A DNA stretch of 64,000 bases from a bacterium (lineage in GTDB: Bacteria; Actinomycetota; Acidimicrobiia; Spongiisociales; JAENVV01). The position numbers and the translations under genes are program-made. The notes beneath the pieces were generated by a model that made no database searches, was not told the DNA's origin, and was given only the letters and a program-made list of their open reading frames with translations. The stretch's first letter is position 1. The number at the start of each line of letters is the position of its first letter. The stretch is taken from the NCBI GenBank assembly GCA_024641305.1, contig JAHEDI010000009.1:32174-96173 (forward strand), in the 5' to 3' direction. Below are positions 56,292-64,000 of this stretch, in pieces.

Positions 56292-57128
56292 ATGGGAGTC
56301 AGAGTGGCTGGTAGGCAAGAAACGAACCGGATCAGAGTCGTGGTGGCCGGCGCAACGGGATGGGCCGGTTCGGCACTGGTAACGGGGATAGTTGAAGCTG
56401 CCGACATGGAGTTGACCGGTGCAATATCGCGGTCGCTCGCCGGTAGGCAATTAGGCGAGGTGCTCGGTTTCATCGACCCCGCCGTGGAAATCAGCGGAAC
56501 CACGAAGCAGGCCCTGGCATCCCGACCTGACGTGTTCGTGGAATACACCGATCCGTCGGTCGCCCGGCAGAATATCCTCGAGGCACTCGACGCAGGCGCT
56601 CATGTCGTCGTGGGTACTTCCGGTCTGACCGACGAGGATTACGATTCCATTGATCGGTCGGCCCAAGAAAAGAGACTCGGAGTGCTGGCGTGCGGCAACT
56701 TCTCGATAACGGCCGTTCTCATGATGAAGTTCAGCGAGATGGCCGCCAAATGGGTAAAAAGCTGGGAGGTCATGGACTATGCGAGCGCCGGTAAAGTAGA
56801 TGCCCCAAGCGGGACCGCCCGAGAACTCGCCAACCGCTTGGCGAAGGTCGGCTTGCCTGACATCCGAGTAGCGGTTGAAGACACCCGGGGAGAAAAGGAA
56901 GCTCGAGGTGCTTCTTTTGGGGGGACCCAGGTCCACTCCATTCGCCTGCCGGGTTTCGTTCTCTCCATCGAGTCGCTATTCGGCGCAGAAGACGAGCGAC
57001 TCAGCATCAGACACGACGCGGGTACCAGCGCCAAGCCTTATGTAGCGGGAGGTCTGCTGGCGATCCGGCAGGTCAGCAGGCTCGTTGGAGTCCACCGCGG
57101 ACTTGACACCGTTATGGACCTGAACTGA
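56292..57128 (+). CDS. dapB: 4-hydroxy-tetrahydrodipicolinate reductase family (His-His motif absent)
   Basis: GATGWAG, VVVGTSG, CGNFSI, KVDAPSGTA, VHSIRLPG and IRHDA. Confidence 0.75.
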   Translation: MGVRVAGRQETNRIRVVVAGATGWAGSALVTGIVEAADMELTGAISRSLAGRQLGEVLGFIDPAVEISGTTKQALASRPDVFVEYTDPSVARQNILEALDAGAHVVVGTSGLTDEDYDSIDRSAQEKRLGVLACGNFSITAVLMMKFSEMAAKWVKSWEVMDYASAGKVDAPSGTARELANRLAKVGLPDIRVAVEDTRGEKEARGASFGGTQVHSIRLPGFVLSIESLFGAEDERLSIRHDAGTSAKPYVAGGLLAIRQVSRLVGVHRGLDTVMDLN

Positions 57129-57167
57129 AACCAGCCACGAACCCGAAGTTGTACGGAAGGAATCCCG

Positions 57168-58262
57168 ATGTCTCTGCCAACCGTCCCCCTCGATCCCTTC
57201 GGGCCGACCGCCGGGCGCACCCACCCGACCACCAACACGTCCCGTCCTGACACGGTCACGGTCGACCTGCATAATCACCTTCGGATCACGGCCGCAGATG
57301 AGTTCGTGAGGCCGCATCTCCCGTCTGAGGGGGCCAACACCGCCTACCGCTATTCCGATCCTAGAAGCCGGGAGATCTACGACCGGATTCACGCATCGAG
57401 GATCTCAGAATGGACCGACATCGAGACCCGCCTGGCCGACATGAACAAGATGAATATCGACGTCATGGCGGTCTCCTGCTTGCCTCCCCAGTTCTACTAC
57501 ATGGTCGAACCGGGCGTTGGGCACGAGACGAGCCAGATCGTCAACGACGGCATCGCCTCCAAGATCAGGGACTACCCCACCCGCTTTGTCGGGCTTGGTA
57601 CGGTGCCGATGCAGGACACCGGCCTCGCAATCAGCGAGCTCAACCGCTGCATAAACGAGCTGGGTTTTCGGGGCATTCAAATTGGCGCCCGGGTGGTCGA
57701 TGAGGAGCTTTCCGCGGAGCGCTTCGAACCGTTCTGGACCCGGTGCGAGGAACTCGATGTCCCGATCTTTATTCACCCATCATCGTTCGCAAGCCCCCGC
57801 CTCGGCCGCCACCATTTCGCCAACGTCATCGGCAATCCCCTCGACACCACAGTGGCGGTTCACTACCTCATATTCGACGGCGTGATGGCCCGCCATCCCA
57901 ACCTCAAAATCTGGCTGTCGCATGGCGGAGCCTTCGCCGGTGCCTACGGGGCACGCATGGACCACGCGTTCGGAGTCCGGCCCGAATGCCGTGATCACAT
58001 CGATGAGCTGCCAAGTACCTACCTAAAACGCTTCTATGTCGACACCCTCGTATTCGCTCCCGACCAGCTGGAATATCTGGTCAAAAAGCTGGGCGCCGAT
58101 CATGTCGTGCTCGGTACCGACTATCCGGCCGACATGGCAGATTACGATCCGATCGAACTGGTCTACCAAACACAAGGCCTCTCCGAGTCAGACCGCCAGA
58201 AGATCTGTGGTCTTAATGCCTTCAACCTTTTGGGCCTTGACCCGGCGCAATTCGCCCGCTGA
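57168..58262 (+). CDS. Amidohydrolase_2 family (ACMSD-like metal-dependent decarboxylase/hydrolase)
   Basis: DLHNH, GLGTVPMQD, FIHP, SHGG, FYVDT, GTDYP. Confidence 0.88.
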   Translation: MSLPTVPLDPFGPTAGRTHPTTNTSRPDTVTVDLHNHLRITAADEFVRPHLPSEGANTAYRYSDPRSREIYDRIHASRISEWTDIETRLADMNKMNIDVMAVSCLPPQFYYMVEPGVGHETSQIVNDGIASKIRDYPTRFVGLGTVPMQDTGLAISELNRCINELGFRGIQIGARVVDEELSAERFEPFWTRCEELDVPIFIHPSSFASPRLGRHHFANVIGNPLDTTVAVHYLIFDGVMARHPNLKIWLSHGGAFAGAYGARMDHAFGVRPECRDHIDELPSTYLKRFYVDTLVFAPDQLEYLVKKLGADHVVLGTDYPADMADYDPIELVYQTQGLSESDRQKICGLNAFNLLGLDPAQFAR

Positions 58263-58273
58263 GGCCGGTCGAG

Positions 58274-59149
58274 CTACCGGGCCTGCTTCGCCCAGGCCAG
58301 TACCCGTCGAGCGTTGACCGCCATGGCGGTATCCACCATCAAACCATCGACGGTCGTGGCCGCCTTGCCTTCTTTGTCGGCCTCCTCAAGGGCCGCCAGC
58401 ACTCGTTCCTGGAAGTCGATCTCCTCGGCGGTCGGCATGAAGATTCGGTTGGCTGCCTCGATTTGACCCGGGTGAACGAGTTTCTTACCCCGGTATCCGA
58501 GCTGACGAGCCCGTGACGCCTCAGCTTCGAACCCAGCCATATCGCGGATCGCCGGGTACGTCCCATCGAGCGGGTTCGTAATCCCGGCGTGGCGAGCTTC
58601 GATAATCACCTTCGATCGTATATAGAGACTCTCGATGCCAATATCCGAATGGTGATAACCGACATCCCGCTGGAGGTCGCCATTGACGGCCACCCCCACC
58701 ACACACGATCCCACCCGGGCGGCCGCGGACAGAATGTCGTAGCAGCGGTATACCCCGGCCACCGACTCGATACCCACGATCACCTCAACCGACCCTGGTT
58801 CCAGACGGCGCTCCCGTTCAAGCGTCAACAGTTTTTCGTCGATGGCTCGGATCACCTCAGGGGAGTCAGCCTTCGGACACTGAATCCCTCTGAGACCGGG
58901 AAGGACGATCGCCTCCAAGTCTCCTTCGAATAGTCCCGAGCCGAACGAGTTGACCCGAACGTAGGTCAAGGCACCCCCAGCTCCTCCAGAGATGAACTCT
59001 GCAGACATCTCACGAGCCTCGGCTTTCCGGTCCAGTGGCACTGAATCCTCCAGATCGAGAATGAGGGCATCGGCACCGTATCCTGCCGCCTTGTCCAACA
59101 TGCGTGGCTGATTGCCGGGGACGCTGAGGAGACTGCGAAGCAGGTCCAT
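58274..59149 (-). CDS. CitE-like acyl-CoA lyase (HpcH/HpaI aldolase/citrate lyase family)
   Basis: RSLLSVPG, ILDLEDSV, YVRVN, CPKAD, GIES, GKKLVHPGQI. Confidence 0.88.
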   Translation of the reverse strand: MDLLRSLLSVPGNQPRMLDKAAGYGADALILDLEDSVPLDRKAEAREMSAEFISGGAGGALTYVRVNSFGSGLFEGDLEAIVLPGLRGIQCPKADSPEVIRAIDEKLLTLERERRLEPGSVEVIVGIESVAGVYRCYDILSAAARVGSCVVGVAVNGDLQRDVGYHHSDIGIESLYIRSKVIIEARHAGITNPLDGTYPAIRDMAGFEAEASRARQLGYRGKKLVHPGQIEAANRIFMPTAEEIDFQERVLAALEEADKEGKAATTVDGLMVDTAMAVNARRVLAWAKQAR

Positions 59150-59150
59150 G

Positions 59151-60359
59151 TCAGATCACCCCACGCCTGTACAGGTCATCGATCTCTGGGGCGGTGAGCT
59201 CAAGCAACTCTGCAAGGACTTCGCGGGTATGTTCGCCAATCGCGGGTCCGGCGTGCCGCACCTTCCCCGGTGTTGCCGAGAACTTCGGGACTACCCCCGG
59301 CATGAGCACCTGGCCAATGTCTGCGTAAGCCTTGCGGATCAGGCTGTCGCGGGCAAAAAGCTGAGGATCAACTATCACTTCCGCCATGGTGTTGACGGGA
59401 GAGCATGGAACGTCGTGCTCGTCCATAACCGCCATAACTTCGTCAAGGTTGTGCTCCGAGAACCAACCCTGGACGATGTCATTGATATCCCCGCTCGGGG
59501 CGGTGCGAGCAGTATTGGTCGCATAGCGATCGTCCTTGAGCAGATCCGATCGTCCGATGGCTGTCATCAGGCGCTCGAAGACCGTCTGGGTTGCCGAACT
59601 GTGAAAGACATAGTGAGCGTCCCTGGTCCGGAAAACGTCGGAAGGGGCAACGTTGATGTAGCGGTTGCCATTTCGTTGAGGCGTGTCACCGAGCACGTCC
59701 TGACGGGTAATCAAGGAATCGAGCAGACGGATCACCGATTCGTAGAGGGAAAGGTCGATCCATTGGCCCTCCCCGCCATTGGCCGACCGATCGTACAACG
59801 CCATCGAAACTGCCATGGCGCCGAAGGTTCCAGCCACGTAATCGACCAGGGGCACCCCCATCTGCAGCGGAGGGCCATCAAGCTCACCGGTTTGATTCAT
59901 GAGTCCACTTGCTGCTTCGATGACTCGCCCGAAGCCGGGCAGGTGACTCTTGGGACCGGTCTGGCCGTAGCCCGAAAGACTGAGCAGCACGAGGCCAGGG
60001 TTGATAGTACGTAGGTCGTCGTAGCCCAGGCGCCACTTCTTGATCGTTCCGGGCCGATAGTTCTCTATCACGACGTCGCAAAGGCCAACCAGTCGCCGAA
60101 CGAGATCCTGGCCAGCCTCTGTGTGGAGGTCGATTGTGACGGATTTCTTGCCACGGCCGACCACCGCCCAACGCAGAGATTGATCGTTCTTGAATGGACC
60201 CATGCCGCGCAGGCTGTCACCGCGACCAGGCAACTCGACGTGAATGACTTCGGCTCCGAAGTCGGCAAGCAGCGAGGAACAATGGCCGGCACCAAGCATG
60301 GTGGCGATATCGAGAACGCGCACGCCGCGTAGTGGTCCTTCTAATGGATCGGCCGTCAT
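59151..60359 (-). CDS. Family III CoA-transferase (CaiB/BaiF)
   Basis: LRGVRVLD, LLADFGAEVI, GKKSVTIDL, ENYRPG, SGYGQTGP, PLVDYVAG (catalytic Asp). Confidence 0.92.
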   Translation of the reverse strand: MTADPLEGPLRGVRVLDIATMLGAGHCSSLLADFGAEVIHVELPGRGDSLRGMGPFKNDQSLRWAVVGRGKKSVTIDLHTEAGQDLVRRLVGLCDVVIENYRPGTIKKWRLGYDDLRTINPGLVLLSLSGYGQTGPKSHLPGFGRVIEAASGLMNQTGELDGPPLQMGVPLVDYVAGTFGAMAVSMALYDRSANGGEGQWIDLSLYESVIRLLDSLITRQDVLGDTPQRNGNRYINVAPSDVFRTRDAHYVFHSSATQTVFERLMTAIGRSDLLKDDRYATNTARTAPSGDINDIVQGWFSEHNLDEVMAVMDEHDVPCSPVNTMAEVIVDPQLFARDSLIRKAYADIGQVLMPGVVPKFSATPGKVRHAGPAIGEHTREVLAELLELTAPEIDDLYRRGVI

Positions 60360-60490
60360 GGCCGTTACTTTACCCGCGGTGCCAAACGGCCCGCGGCCCA
60401 GGGCGAACTCGCCCGGCGACCCTCCGCCAAGCGTCTAGCATCCTGCGAGTTTCCCATGAGTTGGTTTGACACATTGTCAAAGGAGAAAGC

Positions 60491-61441
60491 GTGGAGCATC
60501 GCAACATCGGTCCGCTATCGGTTTCGACCGTCGGACTCGGCTGCAATAACTTTGGCCGCAAGCTGAGCGCCGAAGACAGCGCCTCGGTCGTCGACACCGC
60601 AATCGACGTTGGTATCAACCTCTTCGACACCGCAGATATCTACGGGTATGGCGACCACCCGTACTCAGGTACTGGCCGTTCGGAAGAATTCCTGGGTCAG
60701 GCATTAGGGACACGACGCTCAGACGTGATCATCGCTACCAAATTCGGGATCTCCATGAGCAAGACCGACAAGTCGATGAGGGGTGGGGGGAGAGCTTGGG
60801 TCCAGCGCGCCTGCGAGGACAGCCTGCGTCGCCTGCAGACCGACTACATCGATCTCTATCAGATCCATCGACCGGACCGCGACTCGCACATTTCCGAAAC
60901 TCTCGGGGCGTTGAACGAATTAGTCGACCAGGGGAAAGTTCGCGTCATCGGTTGCTCCAATTTCTCTGCCGAGCAACTGGAGGAGGCGGAGGCAGTAAGC
61001 GAAGACCTCGGTACTGCCCGCTTCGTGAGCGTCCAAAACGAGTACTCCCTGCTGAGTCGCGAAGTTGAAGAGGCCGTATTGCCGGCATGTCAACGCCTCA
61101 ACATCGCCTTCATTCCGTACTTCCCACTGGCGAGCGGCCTCCTGACGGGAAAGTACCGCAAGGGCGAGGCTGCCCCCGAAGGGTCCCGGTTGGCGTTCTG
61201 GGAGCCCCGCCCCCATCAGACGCTGGCCGACGACGTATTGGACCGCGTTGCGAAACTCACCGAAACTGCCGAGAAGTTCGGCCACACCCTTCTTGATCTG
61301 GCGATCAGCGGATTACTCGCACGACCCCAGGTCGCTTCTATCGTTGCCGGCGCGACTGCCCCATCCCAGGTTCGGGCCAACGTTGCCGCGGCGGCCTGGA
61401 TTATGTCGCAGCACGAGGTAGCCGCCCTTGACTCTGTCTGA
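60491..61441 (+). CDS. Aldo/keto reductase
   Basis: GLGCNNFG, FDTADIYG, IATKFG, DLYQIH, IGCSN, PYFPLASG. Confidence 0.93.
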   Translation: MEHRNIGPLSVSTVGLGCNNFGRKLSAEDSASVVDTAIDVGINLFDTADIYGYGDHPYSGTGRSEEFLGQALGTRRSDVIIATKFGISMSKTDKSMRGGGRAWVQRACEDSLRRLQTDYIDLYQIHRPDRDSHISETLGALNELVDQGKVRVIGCSNFSAEQLEEAEAVSEDLGTARFVSVQNEYSLLSREVEEAVLPACQRLNIAFIPYFPLASGLLTGKYRKGEAAPEGSRLAFWEPRPHQTLADDVLDRVAKLTETAEKFGHTLLDLAISGLLARPQVASIVAGATAPSQVRANVAAAAWIMSQHEVAALDSV

Positions 61442-61606
61442 TACCGCGTCACACCAGCCGTGGCCAGTTGCACGGTGCAAGACCCAGAGCGGCCGATCGA
61501 CATCACGCACCTGTCTGGTTCCGTTCTGGATACCAGGGCTGGCCGCACCCCCATCGCCTGCGGGTCTTCCTAGTAAGGTCAAGATTGTCTTGGAAGGGAT
61601 CACGTG

Positions 61607-62587
61607 ATGCTGCAAAGAAGTGTGGGAAACACGGATGTCACCGTGTCGGCAATGGGGCTCGGGTGTATGGCCCTGAGCGGGACCTACCGGCCGTCGGACG
61701 ATGAATCGGGAATCGCCTTGGTCCATCGGGCGATCGAACTGGGCGTGACTCACCTCGACACATCGAATGCCTACGGTTGGGGGCACAACGAGACCCTGCT
61801 CGGGCGAGCGTTGGCCGGACGGAGGGACCAGGTCTTTCTTGCCAGCAAGTTCGGCCAGGCCATGGAGGACGGAAAACGGGTCGTGCACGGCGAACCTCAG
61901 TACGTACGAGACAGCTGCGACCAGAGCCTGGCCCGCTTGAAAACTGATTACATCGACCTCTATTACATCCATCGGGTCGACCCGACGATTCCGGTCGAAG
62001 AAACGGTCGGGGCAATGGCGGGTCTCGTAGCGGCAGGCAAGGTTCGTCACCTCGGCATTTCCGAGGCTGCCCCCGCGACTATCCGACGCGCCCATGCGGT
62101 CCATCCCCTGGCGGCCGTCCAGACCGAATACTCGCTGTGGACCCGGTTCGCCGAGGAAGAGATTTTCGGCGTGTGCGACGAACTCGGCATCTCCTATGTC
62201 GCATATGCGCCCATCGGACGAGGCTTCCTCTCCGGCGAGATCAAGGGCACCGAAGACCTCGACGAGACCGACCGACGACGCCAGCATCCGCGCTTCGCTC
62301 AGGAGAACATCGACCACAACAAGGTCATGCTTCAAGCCCTCCAGGACGTCGCCATAACACACGGCATTTCTCCATCACAGGTTGCCCTGGCCTGGTTGCT
62401 GGCACAACACGACTTCTTGCTGCCGATCCCGGGGACGACGAGCATCTCGCACCTCGAGGAGAACGTCGCCGCTACCGCAGTTACCTTGACCGATCAAGAA
62501 CTCTCCGTGCTTTCGGAGACGTTCGATCCGGCGAGGACGGCCGGGGACCGCTACCCGGCTGCCGCTCTCGCCAAGGTTCAGATCTGA
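61607..62587 (+). CDS. Aldo/keto reductase
   Basis: GLGCM, LDTSNAYG, ASKFG, DLYYIHR, VQTEYSLW, PIPGT. Confidence 0.93.
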   Translation: MLQRSVGNTDVTVSAMGLGCMALSGTYRPSDDESGIALVHRAIELGVTHLDTSNAYGWGHNETLLGRALAGRRDQVFLASKFGQAMEDGKRVVHGEPQYVRDSCDQSLARLKTDYIDLYYIHRVDPTIPVEETVGAMAGLVAAGKVRHLGISEAAPATIRRAHAVHPLAAVQTEYSLWTRFAEEEIFGVCDELGISYVAYAPIGRGFLSGEIKGTEDLDETDRRRQHPRFAQENIDHNKVMLQALQDVAITHGISPSQVALAWLLAQHDFLLPIPGTTSISHLEENVAATAVTLTDQELSVLSETFDPARTAGDRYPAAALAKVQI

Positions 62588-62663
62588 ACCATTGACCGGG
62601 TTCGGACGGACCCGTTTCCGCGTCGGGAGTTTGCAGAACGACCCAGGGTTCAGAGGTCGACTC

Positions 62664-63218
62664 CTACCTGCCGAGGGTGGAAGCCTCGCCGGTGACGTCC
62701 CACAGATGGTGAACCGGATCATGGATCTCGTATCTGGCGAAGGTTTCAACCGTGAAGTTGGCGCCGTCGCTGCGACGACCCGTGCGAGCAAGCTGTTCAG
62801 GGGTGATCTCGTCGAATTTCGCGGCGATTGCTTCAGCCGCGGCAATTAGTTCCACCCGCACAACTCGGGGATCGGCCAGGTCGTAGCGCTCGGCCTCTTG
62901 AGTGAGGTTCGGATCCCAGTTGGCGAAGGCTGGATCGTCCTCGGAAAGCATGAGATCGAGGCGGTAGGCGAAGAGTCGAAACACGTCCCGTACATGACAG
63001 GCGTATTCGAGGGGCGACCAGACTCCTGGCTCGGGTCGAGTTCGTAGCCATGCTTCGTCCCGCTCAATCACAGAAAACCACCCTTGAGCGTTCCCACGAT
63101 TGGCCTCGGCAATCTCGGCGATGAGCAGGGCACCAACCCATGCTCCACACTCCGGGCAGGGACGGTCAAGCACCCAGGTCCAATCTTTGTTGTCAGGTGT
63201 TGCACCGATGGGATTCAT
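62664..63218 (-). CDS. DinB family protein
   Basis: DWTWVLDRPCPECG, WSPLEYACHVRD, HDPVHHLWD. Start placed at the ATG at 63218. Confidence 0.85.
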   Translation of the reverse strand: MNPIGATPDNKDWTWVLDRPCPECGAWVGALLIAEIAEANRGNAQGWFSVIERDEAWLRTRPEPGVWSPLEYACHVRDVFRLFAYRLDLMLSEDDPAFANWDPNLTQEAERYDLADPRVVRVELIAAAEAIAAKFDEITPEQLARTGRRSDGANFTVETFARYEIHDPVHHLWDVTGEASTLGR

Positions 63219-63414
63219 TCGATAAATGCCTGCCTTTTGCCAATTTGATCGACCCAGGATACGGGCGTCATTTCGCGATTGCGACCGTCCGGCCCCAACG
63301 ATCAGCACGTCGTTCGCCGATGCCGCACGGAGTGAACCATCGGCAGGCCTTCTTGCTCCCGGCCCCCTAAACAATTCCTTGACGTCCGTCCGGGGCGATG
63401 CTTACGTGGGACCC

Positions 63415-64000
63415 ATGGACCAAGCAGCTCCCGAGCCGAGCGCATCGCGTCGCGCCTTGCCCAACTGGGCTGCTGTGCTCTCGATGACGGTCATATTCAT
63501 CTCCGTCCTGGCGCTCCCATTGAAGGCGGCGGTCGATCTTGGATTGTCGCCGGCGGAAACCGCCACATGGCTCGTTGCGATCTACGGGCTGCCTGGTGCG
63601 GTTGCCCTCGTGCTTGCACTGCGGTTTAGAGAACCTCTGCTCCTGACCGGCAACCTCTTCGTCCTCATCTTCATCAGCCGACTAGCCGGGCAAGTGCCGT
63701 GGGCCGAACTGGTCGGTGCCTCGATCGTCGCAGGAGGCGTCGTGCTCCTCCTTGAGCCACTTGGGCTAACTAAGAAGCTGATCGCATGGCTTCCTGCTCC
63801 GATCGTGTTCGGGCTTCTGGCAGGTGCTGTTCTGCCGTTCTTCGTCAATTTGTTCACCGTATTGGGAGATGCCCCAATTCTCATCGGCGGAACCCTGCTC
63901 ATCTACCTGCTTGCCCGATCCCTCCTGGAGCCAAAGGTCCCGGCAATCTTGCCTGCACTGGTTGGAGGCTTACTCATTGCCACAATCTCCGGTGACCTCA
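63415..64000 (+). CDS. BenE-family benzoate/H+ symporter-like transporter, 5' part (runs off window)
   Basis: Manual translation MDQAAPEPS...LGLSPAETATWLVAIYGLPGAVALVLALRFREPLLL..., hydrophobic and open to the window end. Confidence 0.7.
   Translation, partial: MDQAAPEPSASRRALPNWAAVLSMTVIFISVLALPLKAAVDLGLSPAETATWLVAIYGLPGAVALVLALRFREPLLLTGNLFVLIFISRLAGQVPWAELVGASIVAGGVVLLLEPLGLTKKLIAWLPAPIVFGLLAGAVLPFFVNLFTVLGDAPILIGGTLLIYLLARSLLEPKVPAILPALVGGLLIATISGDL

Noticed and set aside
1-64000. tRNA, rRNA, transposase, integrase or prophage genes
   Set aside because: None recognised by eye; no terminal inverted repeats or compositional break noticed. A covariance-model search was not run.

Overview
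Gene-dense (about 55 CDS), high-GC (about 60% by eye) bacterial chromosomal segment. I found no rRNA, tRNA, CRISPR array or mobile element. The gene repertoire (SCO4226-type protein, LppX-like and Thr-rich lipoproteins, BTAD regulator, DUF5667 anti-sigma, DUF6295) suggests Actinomycetota, probably Acidimicrobiia; this is inference only. Content from left to right: gcvT(3' end)-gcvP; class V aminotransferase; Mug glycosylase; ATP-dependent PEP carboxykinase; M3 oligopeptidase; a diguanylate cyclase; a putrescine/GABA uptake and catabolism operon; assorted small genes; a tetR-fadA-fadB beta-oxidation operon; a BTAD regulator with a divergent Ni-binding-type protein; a CUT2 ABC importer operon; an ECF sigma module; a multiheme cytochrome cluster; dapB-like; and a CoA-dependent catabolic cluster. 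Three systems stand out. (1) 52184-56207: a 17-heme-c plus diheme-b membrane cytochrome cluster that places a split CbcL-like quinol oxidase (nonaheme c + FdnI-type cytochrome b carrying an extra tethered monoheme) next to an ImcH-like heptaheme. These resemble the two Geobacter inner-membrane entry points for extracellular electron transfer, here in one cluster of an apparent Gram-positive. (2) 36775-44675: an ABC importer whose second permease is fused in frame to a complete amidohydrolase, with a free paralogous amidohydrolase heading the operon. (3) 44733-47507: an ECF sigma/anti-sigma module with the same promoter motif (CGTCGAATC-N13-GCGTCT) both before a secreted Asp/His-tailed protein and inside the sigma gene's own 3' end. 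Family assignments come from motif recognition and recall, not from database searches.
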